Source: Candidatus Omnitrophota bacterium (lineage in GTDB: Bacteria; Omnitrophota; Gorgyraeia; Duberdicusellales; Duberdicusellaceae). Taken from it: a stretch of DNA of 64,000 nt. This document shows positions 19,279 to 28,891 of this stretch, in pieces. The stretch spans positions 2,547 to 66,546 of the forward strand of contig JAFGCB010000029.1 of the NCBI GenBank assembly GCA_016932855.1. Direction: 5' to 3'. A program made the translations under genes and the position numbers. The notes beneath the pieces are model-generated. The model worked only from the letters and a program-made list of their open reading frames with translations, was not told where the DNA came from and did no database searches. How positions within the stretch are numbered: the first letter of the stretch is position 1; each line of letters opens with the position of its first letter.

Positions 19279-21171
19279 TTAGTATTCCTTTATTCCCTTC
19301 ATTTTATCGGATATACTTGCCGGTTTTTTAGAGCTTTTAGGTTCATTTTTGTTCTCGTCGCAAGTTCCTAAGGGTGACAGATTTTTCGGGGTTACTCTAA
19401 TTTGTTCTATCTTTTTAGATATTATCGATTCTTGCAGGTCATCAGGCATGATATCCGCGGGTATGTGATCCTGGATTTCGGCATGCTTGACCGGAACATC
19501 GCCCTTTATAATGTGGGGTTTAAGAAATATCACTATTTCGGTTTGATTGTTTTTTTTAGCCTGGGAGCCGAAAACCGCTCCTAAAATCGGTATACGCCTT
19601 AAGAAAGGTATGCCTTTTTCGTCATCTTCACGGGAGTCCTTTATGAGTCCGGCAATCATTATCATTGTATTATCTTTTACTTTTACGACAGTTTCTGCTT
19701 CGGAAGTCTCGATGATAGGTATGCGGCTTCCCAGGGAGGTTTCTAATTCATCTATAACCGAGCTTACCTCAGGTTTTATCTTCATAGTAACAAAGCCGTC
19801 TTTGCCTATGGTGGGCACAACATTTAATTTTACTCCTACGTCCACGAATTCAATCGATTCCGAAGTAACCGTGGTAGTTTCGGCCTGGCTTAAGCTTTGG
19901 GTTACATAAGCGTCGCGTATGCCTACCAGTATTTTAGCCTCTTCATTATTTACTACGGCGATGCGGGGACGCGAGAGAATCTTTGTATTGCCGTAGCTTT
20001 CAAGCATGTCTAGAGTAGCGTCAAAATCATCAGCATCAAGCGTACCTACAGTCATTGCGAAATTCTCCGTGGTATAATTAGGCGGTGCGTCTATGGGGCT
20101 AAAAGCTGAGGTTAAATCTAGGCCGTGCATGTATGCGTTTTGGAATACCCGTTCCCAGTCTATGCCTTGATGATATTCGTCTTTAAGGCTTATCTGGATA
20201 ATCTCAGCTTCAATAAAGACCTGGCGGTTCTCCTCGTCTAAGGCTTCGACAATCTTTTTTATCTTCTTCATTTTCTTGGGTAAATCAGAAACCAATACCT
20301 TACCTGAACGCTCGTCGATAAGAAGTTCGCCTGGCCCTGTGGTTATAGCTTCGGAAAGATGGGTTTTTAGGTCTTCTGTTTTAGCATAATTGATATCAAA
20401 TACTTCGGTTTGTAAGGGCTTATCTAAATCGTTAGTTACCTTTTCCATGAGCTCGATTTTGTCCGGTATATCAATGAGAATGATAGTCCCTGAGGCTTCA
20501 TCGACAATAATTTTTCCTATACTTGATTTAAGCTCTGATAAGGCTTTAAACACCGAAGCAGGTTCTGCGTATGACAGGTTAATGCTTTTGATTTCTCTTT
20601 TTTCATTATATTTTTTCCCGTAAAGAGTTTCGTATTCCGCGGCGGTCATTACGCTTATAATCTCGTTTTTCTTTTCGCAAGCCAGCTGCTGGCTTACCAG
20701 GATGACGTCAAGGGCGTCTTCAAAGGTTATGTTGTTTAAGAATATATTTACTCTTCCGGTGATCTTTCTTGAGGGTACAATAGTCAGGTTCATCTTCAAG
20801 GAGAGAATTCTGAAGAGTTCGATAATATCAACCCCTTTTAAATCTAAAGAAATTCTTTCTTCAGCTATTTTTACGCCCTGGTTTACTTCTTCTTCTGACA
20901 GGGGGTGTGTTGCCCCTATATCGGATATTTCTTCGTCTTGGTAGAGGTCTTCCAAGGGTGGCTCTGGTATGGGCATATCGCCTTCAGCAGCATCGATTCC
21001 CTGCAAGATTGCCTGCTCTTCAGGCGGGATAGTCTGTATAGGTTCGGGGGGATTTTCGTCTTGAGAAAAAACACATAGGGTGGTTGTTCCGAAGACCAGA
21101 GCTATTCCGCAGACCATAATCAATGTTTTAATAAACACAAGGACATTCTGGCGGTTCATTCTATGGTCCAT
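19279..21171 (-). CDS. Secretin (GspD/PilQ family)
   Basis: N0 domain (ISLDLKGVDI), N3-type repeats, secretin domain (QVFIEAEII, ILSRPRIAVVNNEEA, DVGVKLNVVP, GIPFLRRIPILGAVF). Confidence 0.95.
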   Translation of the reverse strand: MDHRMNRQNVLVFIKTLIMVCGIALVFGTTTLCVFSQDENPPEPIQTIPPEEQAILQGIDAAEGDMPIPEPPLEDLYQDEEISDIGATHPLSEEEVNQGVKIAEERISLDLKGVDIIELFRILSLKMNLTIVPSRKITGRVNIFLNNITFEDALDVILVSQQLACEKKNEIISVMTAAEYETLYGKKYNEKREIKSINLSYAEPASVFKALSELKSSIGKIIVDEASGTIILIDIPDKIELMEKVTNDLDKPLQTEVFDINYAKTEDLKTHLSEAITTGPGELLIDERSGKVLVSDLPKKMKKIKKIVEALDEENRQVFIEAEIIQISLKDEYHQGIDWERVFQNAYMHGLDLTSAFSPIDAPPNYTTENFAMTVGTLDADDFDATLDMLESYGNTKILSRPRIAVVNNEEAKILVGIRDAYVTQSLSQAETTTVTSESIEFVDVGVKLNVVPTIGKDGFVTMKIKPEVSSVIDELETSLGSRIPIIETSEAETVVKVKDNTMIMIAGLIKDSREDDEKGIPFLRRIPILGAVFGSQAKKNNQTEIVIFLKPHIIKGDVPVKHAEIQDHIPADIMPDDLQESIISKKIEQIRVTPKNLSPLGTCDENKNEPKSSKKPASISDKMKGIKEY

Positions 21172-21770
21172 TCCATCCCTTCTCTTTCAATAAGGACCTG
21201 GTTTCTTAAGACTTTTTTTACCTTAAAGCCTTCGATTGTCTCGCCTGCGCCTAAAAGATGAGTTTTGCCGCTTTTGGTGTATTCAATCATTGCCTGAGGG
21301 TTATCCGACCAGATTACGCCCACAAGCTTTAAGCTTTTAATCGTTTCCGAGGTATCAAGGCTTATCTTTTTCTCCGGGGCCGCAGGGATAAAGGTAAATA
21401 TATTTCTTTTTCTGGCTTGAGCTTGAATTTCGTTTATATTAGTTTCCAGAGATATTTTTTTTGTTTGATCTACTGCCGCAATAGCGGAGTTTTCCTGGAT
21501 TTGGGCGAAGCGGTCTTCGAGATCAGAGCTTATCTTCATAAAATCGAAAACAGCCAAGATTGTAAAAGCTACGCATAAGCCGAGAAGTATTCTATTTACC
21601 GTCTCCAGTTTAAGGGATTTAAAAGCATTTTTAAGACCTTCTAATGAGCCGCTAAGTCCTGCAAACAAAGATACCTTTCCTTTAGTTACCGCAGAGGGGC
21701 TTCGTTTGGCAACCGTAGGGTCTTCCAGGATTTTTAGTAATTTTTCTTCAGGGGTGCTTTTATCTTTCAT
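21156..21770 (-). CDS. GspC/PilP-like HR-domain membrane protein
   Basis: One TM, RNIF, LKLVGVIWSDNPQAMIE...GETIEGFKVKKV..NQVLI pattern; directly upstream of the secretin. Confidence 0.75.
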   Translation of the reverse strand: MKDKSTPEEKLLKILEDPTVAKRSPSAVTKGKVSLFAGLSGSLEGLKNAFKSLKLETVNRILLGLCVAFTILAVFDFMKISSDLEDRFAQIQENSAIAAVDQTKKISLETNINEIQAQARKRNIFTFIPAAPEKKISLDTSETIKSLKLVGVIWSDNPQAMIEYTKSGKTHLLGAGETIEGFKVKKVLRNQVLIEREGMEWTIE

Positions 21771-21772
21771 GT

Positions 21773-22615
21773 CTAAATAATTTGCGACTGGGAAATCTTT
21801 ACTTCCTGGGAAATTAACTCCCGGATTATATCCACGGTAACTGCGGGCTTATTGTGCATAATAAGTTCTTTTAATCCGCTGTGGCAAATCATGGCTATTC
21901 TTCGGGGATAGCCTTGGGTATAGTGATAAATCTCTCTAATCGCATCATCGGTAAAAAGGCCGGGCCCGGAAAGGTAACCCGCGGTTTTTAGCCTGAATTC
22001 TATCATCGCTCTTGTTCCCTGCAGGTCAAGAGGGTTTATCACGTACTTTAAGCTTAGACGGTCCATAAGGTTTTTAATTTCCCGTATTCTGGGAAGAAGC
22101 TCCATTTGGGAAAGAAGCACAAGTTGCAGCAGTTTGTATTCATTGGTTTCGTAATTTAAGAGGACCCGCAGGATTTCTAAAGAAAGAGAGTTTAGTTTTT
22201 GGGCTTCGTCGATTAATAATACTATTGTCTTTTTTTCTTCGACGCCGGTTCTGAAAAGGTAGTCTTTTATCGCTTCTTTAAAGTCCAGTATGTTAGGATT
22301 GGGTTTTTGAAGCGTTATCTTAAAGGTCCTGATTAGAGAATCTAAAAACAGCTCTTCCGTTTCAAAGGTAGGGTCGAGAATCATGTGAAAGATAATATCA
22401 TCCCTTTCTTTAAGCATACGGAAAAGCTTCCGGGAAAGCGTGGTCTTTCCGGTTCCCACATCTCCCAGTATAAGACTTAATCCTCTTTTAAGGCGGATTT
22501 CTATCATGAGCCTCATCAAGGCCGCGTGGTGTTCCTTGGAGTCGTAGAAAAATTCCGGGTCAGGACTTGTTGAAAAGGGCTCTTTGTCCAGGCCCAAGAG
22601 TTTATAGTAGCTCAT
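21773..22615 (-). CDS. ExeA/GspA-like AAA ATPase
   Basis: PFSTSPDPEFFY, Walker A GDVGTGKT, Walker B LLIDEAQ, GYPRRI. Confidence 0.92.
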   Translation of the reverse strand: MSYYKLLGLDKEPFSTSPDPEFFYDSKEHHAALMRLMIEIRLKRGLSLILGDVGTGKTTLSRKLFRMLKERDDIIFHMILDPTFETEELFLDSLIRTFKITLQKPNPNILDFKEAIKDYLFRTGVEEKKTIVLLIDEAQKLNSLSLEILRVLLNYETNEYKLLQLVLLSQMELLPRIREIKNLMDRLSLKYVINPLDLQGTRAMIEFRLKTAGYLSGPGLFTDDAIREIYHYTQGYPRRIAMICHSGLKELIMHNKPAVTVDIIRELISQEVKISQSQII

Positions 22616-22617
22616 AT

Positions 22618-22851
22618 TCAGTCTCCTATTTGACCGGAGAGTATCTTGCGTATAAGCCTTAGGGTGTAACCCTCTTTTTTAAGATCATTAATCCTGTCTA
22701 ATGTTAGGCGCAGCTGGCGCTCTTCGTAGAGGCGTTTATTCCCTTTTTTATCTACAACCGGAAGAAGCCCCAGGTTTGTGTAATAATTTAGAGTCTGGTA
22801 GGAGATATTGTACTTTCTGACAATATCCGTAGTTGAAATTAGCTTGTTCAT
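22618..22851 (-). CDS. Small MerR-family HTH regulator
   Basis: ISYQTLNYYTNLGLL..GNKRLY..LKKEGYTLRLI. Start at 22851 or 22884. Confidence 0.85.
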   Translation of the reverse strand: MNKLISTTDIVRKYNISYQTLNYYTNLGLLPVVDKKGNKRLYEERQLRLTLDRINDLKKEGYTLRLIRKILSGQIGD

Positions 22852-22906
22852 TAGTTTATTTACCCAAATACGCTTTGCCGGCATTGAGGTGTTTAAGTTG
22901 TTCTAT

Positions 22907-22939
22907 AACACTTATAGTACAAACTATAAGTGTTGTCAA
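22907..22939 (-). promoter_or_regulatory. Sigma70 promoter overlapped by a perfect 12-bp inverted repeat (operator)
   Basis: TTGACA(22939-22934)-N17-TATAAG(22916-22911); AACACTTATAGT-ACAA-ACTATAAGTGTT at 22907-22934. Confidence 0.8.
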
Positions 22940-23048
22940 GTACATTTTGCTGTTTTTGTTTATTTTGTTTGGGTCCGGACCGGAATAGACAAAGAGGTTT
23001 TGGTTTTGAGACAGGTTGCCCCGGGTTTACAGGCAAGATTCAAGGCAT

Positions 23049-23630
23049 CTAATCGTTTATTTCTTTTCCGTTTTCATAAACCCGCGTGTCGGTAAGCTTA
23101 CCGTCTTTATTGTAGAATTTCCATTCACCGTGGGGCTGGCTTTCTTTGAAGTATCTTTCCGAGCTCAACTCGCCGTTTTCGTAGTAGCTTCTCCACTTGC
23201 CGTTGGCTTGCCCTTTTTCATGTTCTTGTTCAGCGGCTAATTTGCCGCTCTGGTAATATCTTTTTATTACTCCGCATTGAAGGCCGTTTTTGTAGGGTAT
23301 TTCCCACTGCAGGCAGCCGTTTTCATAGTAAATTTTGGCTGTCCCGCATCTTTTATTATCTTCGTAGGATTCCTCTATTTTTAACTGCCCGTTTTTATAG
23401 TAGCATTTTCGCGTTCCCCAGAGAGCATTGTTTTTATAGGATGTTTTCGAGAAGAGTTTTCCATCGTCATAATAATATTTGCATACGCCGTGTTTTTCTC
23501 CGTCTTTGTACGGGGTTTCGCATTTAAGTGTTCCGCCGGGGTAATATTCCTTTTTTATTTCAATGTCCGCCAGGCAAGCCCTGACAGGGAAGCTTAAAAA
23601 TATCAATATAAGTATGGAGGGGCGAAGCAT
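23049..23630 (-). CDS. Secreted MORN-variant repeat protein (YwqK-like)
   Basis: Signal peptide; repeated YYxNGxLxxExxYKNG units. Confidence 0.9.
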   Translation of the reverse strand: MLRPSILILIFLSFPVRACLADIEIKKEYYPGGTLKCETPYKDGEKHGVCKYYYDDGKLFSKTSYKNNALWGTRKCYYKNGQLKIEESYEDNKRCGTAKIYYENGCLQWEIPYKNGLQCGVIKRYYQSGKLAAEQEHEKGQANGKWRSYYENGELSSERYFKESQPHGEWKFYNKDGKLTDTRVYENGKEIND

Positions 23631-23852
23631 AAGCTATATCTTTTTTTTTAGTGTGTAATATATCCACACACTGAAGTGTTGGATTATAGTATACTACTTT
23701 AGGAAAAACCGAAAGTCAATACTGATTTGATATTTTGTCTCATTTAAGAATGCTTGTAGCAGAAAGCATTTAAGGGATAAGAGTTTTTTGAGAAATCCGG
23801 CCGAAATCCGCTTAAGTGCTATATATTCAAAGGGAGTTGTTTTAAGGTATGC

Positions 23853-23880
23853 ATTCCAATATTTTTAAGAATATTGGAAT
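23853..23880. other. Palindrome downstream of the autotransporter (possible terminator or operator)
   Basis: ATTCCAATATT-TTTAAG-AATATTGGAAT. Confidence 0.45.
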
Positions 23881-23925
23881 AAGTGGAGGTAGTTTAGGAA
23901 GCAGGGTTAAGCAGGAAGGCGGTAT

Positions 23926-26817
23926 TCAAAATGAGATGTGCAGTTCGCCGCTTAGGGAGTTTGCGGAATAATCTTCTTGGCCTAAGCGGGTTTCGTAATC
24001 AAGATTTATTGAAACAGCTTCTGTAAGCTCCATTGTTAGTCCGCAGCCGAGAAGGGCGAAATTGCGATCGGGCTCATCGGTTGTTATTTGGAAGATTCCT
24101 CTTCCCGGTCCTAAATTTGCATCTATAGTTCGGCTGTTATTAAGAAATTCGTGCTGAAAGGAGGCATGCAATCTGGGAATAACCGTTTTATCGCTTATGT
24201 TCATAATGTGCTTAGCCTGTATTCCTAATCCTAGCTGAAGAGATTCACTGGTCTGGTCGGGAAATCGTATATTAAGAGCGCCGGCGCCGGTTTCTGTGAA
24301 GCTATCTATCCAGAGCCTGCTGTATTGCAAGGTGAGTTTAGGTCCGAGATCCAGATTTTTTATCTCGAAATCATTGCCGGTTTCAAGAAACAGGCTGAGT
24401 TGATGCCCTAAGGTATCTGCTTTGGCTCCTCTTTGCAGTCCTCCAAAGTTAATATTGCGACGGGTATCATAGAGGTTTGCTGTATAGCTAATAGCGGTAT
24501 GGAAATAAAAATCATCGTTATAATATATTCCATAGCCACCGAAAGGTATGCTGTCTACATAAACCTTTCCGTTGGAGCCGTCAAGCATTGATTTTGTTCT
24601 GTTATACCCGGAGTACAGGCCGACAAGGGTTTTGTCTGTAAGTCTATAATCCAACCCGGCAGTTAATCCTGCTGTTGTGTAATTAAAACCGGCTTGAGCA
24701 TTGGTGGATTCCTGATCTCCTAGCCCGCCGTTTGCATTTATAAATAGTCCGAGATTACCGGCCTCTTGGGCTTTAGGGTCGCTGCGGGGAAGGAATTTAG
24801 CCCAGTCATCTCCTTCGTAGGCAAGAAGAACGCCGTTATATATGTCTCCGGCGAATAACCCGCTGCGGCTGTTATAAGACACTCCTCTACTTAAGCCGCT
24901 GCGAATAGTTTCCATTTGATTGCCGAGGCTGGTGAATCCCAAGGCTGCATTATTCAAGGATATTGTGGAGATGCTATTTAATTTTTCAGGCGATATCTGG
25001 GCGTAGGCATTTTTAACCGCGGCGTTAGTTGCCAGGGCGTCAATAGCTGTTTTTACTGTTGCTAGATCACCGGCGGCTGTAGGAAGTATTTTTTGCATAA
25101 TAGCTGCGACTTTCTGTTCGTTGGGTGCCAGAGAGGCTTTGAGAGTAGCGTTGTTGTAGTCGCGGGTAGCTACTAAGTCCAAGTCATTACCGTCAATATC
25201 AGGTTGCCATATTATTGTTGGTGTGATCTGGGTTTGCAGGTCAGTAAATGAGCCTGTGATTCCTCCCGCGGTCTGGATTACGCCGTTGAGCGTATCGCCG
25301 GGGGAATAATTTCCCGAAGTTATCGTTTTAAGCGTTCCGTTAAGACCGGCGGTGCTTGCGCCGATAATTTTGTCGAAATTGAGCAATGAGGAGATCTCAA
25401 GTTCAAGGATTCCGCTTGAAGACTGTGAGAAGGACCCGCCGTTGAGATTTAAAGTGCCTATGGAATTTCCGGGCTTAATTGTTCCGGAGTTTAAGATGCT
25501 TTTAATTGTTCCGGTTCCCGCTAGAATACCCGCCGGCTGCACTGTTGCGGCTGTATTTGAGTTATTGCCTAGAATATTAAGGGTGCCTTCGTTTATTATC
25601 GTAGCTCCTGTGTAATCATTATCGGCAGTAAAAGTTAATTTACCCTTTCCGCTTTTGACTACATCGCCGGTTCCGTCTATCTGATTTGTATAGGCGCCGT
25701 CTATAGTTTGATTAAATTCAAGGGTTGCATCGTTAGTGATGCCGCTGGTTAAGGTAGTGGTATTTCCCTGCAAGGTTCCGTTTATGACTAATGTGTGAAG
25801 CACTTGCCAGTCTACAGGGGTAAGGTTTTCGGTTCCATAGAGTTTAAGCCACAAACTTTCATCGTCAATAGTTACTACACCATAGCCGTAATGATAAGGA
25901 ATGCTTGCGCCGGGGTCACTGTCATGATAAAGGTCCGAAACTTCATAATCAGCGTAGCCGCTGTTATATACTCCGTCAAAATTATGTGAGGGAGCTCCCC
26001 CGCTTCCTATAATTAATTGGTAAAAATCCTGGCTGCCGCCAAGAGCAGGATTTTTTTCATATACCCGGCCAAGAGCAATGAAATGGTCATGGCCGCAAAA
26101 GTAAAGTTTGCCGCCATAGTCACCGGCATTACGAAGGCTAGTTAAAAAAGCATCTCTTGAAGCCTGGTCGCCTGCCAGGCAGTCTACGTGGTTAGCTTGG
26201 TATGCGGGTTCGTGTCCGAAAGCAATGATATGTCCGCTGCTAGTAATAAGTTGTTGGTCTACCCACTCTTGGTTGGTCTGGTCAGCATTAATATATTGGT
26301 CGATAGCCAAAATAAAAGCATTATTATATTCAAAGCTGTAAGTCATTCCTACTTCACTATTGCCTCCCCCGCCGGAAGCGGTAGTGGGTCCATTCTGAGG
26401 CAGGGTGCTGAATTTATTCCTCCATAAGGCTTCGGTGTCGATACCAGTTTCAGAATTGTCGAGTTCGTGGTTGCCCCGGACAGGATAGTAGGTAAGCCCT
26501 GCTTCGCCAGAGCCAACAAGGCTTAGACCTCTGTTAGAGACAGTATCTTTAAATGTCTGAAATTGACTCTCCAGTGTAGGCCAGCCAGCGTCTTCGCCGT
26601 ATACGTAATCGCCTACAAAAAGAACGAATTCGCAGTCTCTATTATTTACAATGTCATTGGTAATTGCAGTTACTGCGGTTGTATTTACGCCTGTAGGGTC
26701 GCCTCCTCCTGTAGCGCGTGTATCACCGGTTACGGCGAAATTCCATTCCTCGGCTTTTGCTAAGTTTCCGGATAATGTGATAGTTAACGAGATAATGAGA
26801 TAGCAGATTTTTTTCAT
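23926..26817 (-). CDS. Type Va autotransporter with metallophosphoesterase passenger
   Basis: Signal peptide; motifs GDTR, GDYV, GNHE, GHEP, GHDH; PATR repeat KSGKGKLTFTADNDYTGATIINEGTL; C-terminal beta-barrel ending in F. Confidence 0.92.
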   Translation of the reverse strand: MKKICYLIISLTITLSGNLAKAEEWNFAVTGDTRATGGGDPTGVNTTAVTAITNDIVNNRDCEFVLFVGDYVYGEDAGWPTLESQFQTFKDTVSNRGLSLVGSGEAGLTYYPVRGNHELDNSETGIDTEALWRNKFSTLPQNGPTTASGGGGNSEVGMTYSFEYNNAFILAIDQYINADQTNQEWVDQQLITSSGHIIAFGHEPAYQANHVDCLAGDQASRDAFLTSLRNAGDYGGKLYFCGHDHFIALGRVYEKNPALGGSQDFYQLIIGSGGAPSHNFDGVYNSGYADYEVSDLYHDSDPGASIPYHYGYGVVTIDDESLWLKLYGTENLTPVDWQVLHTLVINGTLQGNTTTLTSGITNDATLEFNQTIDGAYTNQIDGTGDVVKSGKGKLTFTADNDYTGATIINEGTLNILGNNSNTAATVQPAGILAGTGTIKSILNSGTIKPGNSIGTLNLNGGSFSQSSSGILELEISSLLNFDKIIGASTAGLNGTLKTITSGNYSPGDTLNGVIQTAGGITGSFTDLQTQITPTIIWQPDIDGNDLDLVATRDYNNATLKASLAPNEQKVAAIMQKILPTAAGDLATVKTAIDALATNAAVKNAYAQISPEKLNSISTISLNNAALGFTSLGNQMETIRSGLSRGVSYNSRSGLFAGDIYNGVLLAYEGDDWAKFLPRSDPKAQEAGNLGLFINANGGLGDQESTNAQAGFNYTTAGLTAGLDYRLTDKTLVGLYSGYNRTKSMLDGSNGKVYVDSIPFGGYGIYYNDDFYFHTAISYTANLYDTRRNINFGGLQRGAKADTLGHQLSLFLETGNDFEIKNLDLGPKLTLQYSRLWIDSFTETGAGALNIRFPDQTSESLQLGLGIQAKHIMNISDKTVIPRLHASFQHEFLNNSRTIDANLGPGRGIFQITTDEPDRNFALLGCGLTMELTEAVSINLDYETRLGQEDYSANSLSGELHISF

Positions 26818-26991
26818 CTAAGTAATTTATAAAATTTTTCAGCTGTTAATTTTTATTATAACATTATATAAAAATTTATTCGAGAAAAATTCACCAATTG
26901 GTGGGCTTCGTCGGATTTAGCAGGTTAACACGCTTGGCTAAGCCATACGTAGCCCGTAGAAAGCTATTACGTCAAATTCTAGGGCGAAGTA

Positions 26992-27086
26992 TGGCGGAGA
27001 GGCTGGGATTCGAACCCAGGGTTCCGCTTGTGGCAGAACATCCGCTTTCGAGGCGGACCCTTTAAGCCGGACTCAGGCACCTCTCC
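26992..27086 (-). tRNA. tRNA-Ser(CGA)
   Basis: GGAGAGG/CCTCTCC acceptor stem with GCCA end, anticodon arm TCCGC-CTCGAAA-GCGGA, long variable arm, GGTTCGAATCC T-arm. Confidence 0.97.
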
Positions 27087-27308
27087 GATGAAATGTTATT
27101 ATATAGGCACCGTTGCTTTAATTTAACCCCCTCGCTCTGCTCGGGGTCATTTCATCGTCTTTAGTAAGCTGGAAATGAGGATCTCGAATCCCACAGAGTG
27201 GGTGAGAGATATTTAGTCTTGAGTCTTTAGTCTTATATTGGGGTTATTTTATCATAAATTGAGCTGAAGAAAAGAAAGATTGTCTTAAGGTAGGTTTTTA
27301 TAAAATAG

Positions 27309-27336
27309 AAGCGGGAGGAACCCTCCTCCCGCTTTT
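27309..27336. terminator. Hairpin, probable terminator
   Basis: AAGCGGGAGG-AACCCT-CCTCCCGCTT downstream of the 27512 gene. Confidence 0.6.
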
Positions 27337-27511
27337 CCAAAAAGGAAAGTAATGAGGCAAATCGCAGTTAGGGTATACCATAAAATAAAGGAAAATTTCA
27401 AGGGGCGCTTTTATGAAATAAAAAATAAAAAAGCAATATTTGTCATATTTTACATGCCTTTTTAATCTTCGTTGTTCTATTGTTTAATCTTTGAGTTTGT
27501 TTGGGCGGGGT

Positions 27512-27910
27512 TTAGTCCAGAAATTTTATGATTTTGCCGCAAATCCGGGAATCGGTAAGAGCTTGGATTTGGGGTTTCTGATAGATAATGGTTTTACCTG
27601 TAGAGTCAACTACGACTTCTTTGCTGCCCGGTTGAATAATCCGGGCATTGGCGTCTTTAAGGTTAATAATAACAGCATCACCCCCTGCTTGGGCTACTTT
27701 CTCCTTCAGTGTTTTTTCATTATAGCTTGCACTGGATACAGTAACTTCTCCGATAACAATATGTTCCCTGGCAGGCGTACTGTGAATTATTAGTACATCT
27801 TGGGGGTTGGTGGGTGGAAATTTTCCTTCAGGGTAGTAGGAGGCGGGTTTCATGGTTGCGCAGCCGGAAAATAAAAGAATTAAAGCGGTGAGCAGAAATA
27901 CCGTTTTCAT
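27512..27910 (-). CDS. Lipoprotein, unknown function
   Basis: Lipobox FSGC; LKEKVAQAGGDAVII resembles a YbjQ-like fold. Confidence 0.8.
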   Translation of the reverse strand: MKTVFLLTALILLFSGCATMKPASYYPEGKFPPTNPQDVLIIHSTPAREHIVIGEVTVSSASYNEKTLKEKVAQAGGDAVIINLKDANARIIQPGSKEVVVDSTGKTIIYQKPQIQALTDSRICGKIIKFLD

Positions 27911-27974
27911 GCCTTTTTGTTTTCAGGCAATAAGGAGGTTGCAGATAGCAAGCGTGATGGAGCCTGGATTTACT

Positions 27975-28166
27975 CTATTTTTCGAATAACTTATATTCTT
28001 TCTTTTCGTCGTCAGGAGTCGTGTCCATTTCTTCAAGCATATCCAGGACTTCATCGTTGGTGATTCCGAAAGACTTTACTCTTCGGTGTTCACCGGTATC
28101 ATCAACAATAGAAAAGCAACCTCCAAGCAGCAAGGCTATGCAAAAAAGCAGTAGGACTTTTTTCAT
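27975..28166 (-). CDS. Small lipoprotein
   Basis: MKK start, lipobox LGGC, RBS GAAGGG. Confidence 0.75.
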   Translation of the reverse strand: MKKVLLLFCIALLLGGCFSIVDDTGEHRRVKSFGITNDEVLDMLEEMDTTPDDEKKEYKLFEK

Positions 28167-28240
28167 GGTTTTCCCTTCCGGTTTACTACCCGAATAATAC
28201 TACTTTTCTTAAGAGTCGTCAATTCTAAAATACAGCCTTT

Positions 28241-28864
28241 CTAGGTTTTCTTTTTATTGGTTTTTACGAATAAAAGGGGGAATACGATATCGCTTATACA
28301 GCAAGGAAGCCAAACCGCCAGAAACAGAAAGACAAATATTGCAACCGAAGTTATAAGAGACATTGCTTCGGCCTTGGCCATAAGAATGTGAAATAGTGAA
28401 GCCCAGGTGCTTATTAAGACGTGTCCTAAGTGGGGAAATTTTGTGGAAGGGTTAAAATAAGCAATGGTTATGCCCACTATAGCCACGCCGCTTATCAACC
28501 ACCATTTTTCAATAAAGCCTATATGGTGATGACGGTTGGGCATATTGAGCAAAGCTTCGCCTATGTAGGGCATTATTGAGTCGCTTAAGGTCGCTATACC
28601 TATTGAGCCTACGAATCCTATACTGAGTAATAAAGGTAAATTGCAGTTCTTTGAATGGTTTTTCGGACAGGTATGAAGCCTATACATTGTTGCCGTAGTA
28701 AGGGCGCTTAATAATACGTGAAGGGGGTGAAAGACATAGAAAAGCTCGTGGGATACTTCGCGGGGCATATGCCAGAAGACAAGCATGAGGATTATTCCGC
28801 TAAGTGCACCCAGGGCGGTAAAAGGAGCATGATTTTTAAGTTCTTTGATGATAAGGTTAAACAT
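28241..28864 (-). CDS. His-rich multi-pass membrane protein
   Basis: About 6 TMs; HAPFT, FHPLH, HHHIG, PHLGH, WLPCCISDIVFP. Confidence 0.8.
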   Translation of the reverse strand: MFNLIIKELKNHAPFTALGALSGIILMLVFWHMPREVSHELFYVFHPLHVLLSALTTATMYRLHTCPKNHSKNCNLPLLLSIGFVGSIGIATLSDSIMPYIGEALLNMPNRHHHIGFIEKWWLISGVAIVGITIAYFNPSTKFPHLGHVLISTWASLFHILMAKAEAMSLITSVAIFVFLFLAVWLPCCISDIVFPLLFVKTNKKKT

Positions 28865-28891
28865 TTTCTTCTCCTTTTTATGGTTTAGTTC

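Noticed and set aside
23049-23630. Toxin-antitoxin system (YwqK label)
   Set aside because: Only MORN-variant repeats with a signal peptide; no adjacent toxin.
23049-27086. Integrative element at tRNA-Ser
   Set aside because: No integrase and no duplicated tRNA 3' end seen in the window.
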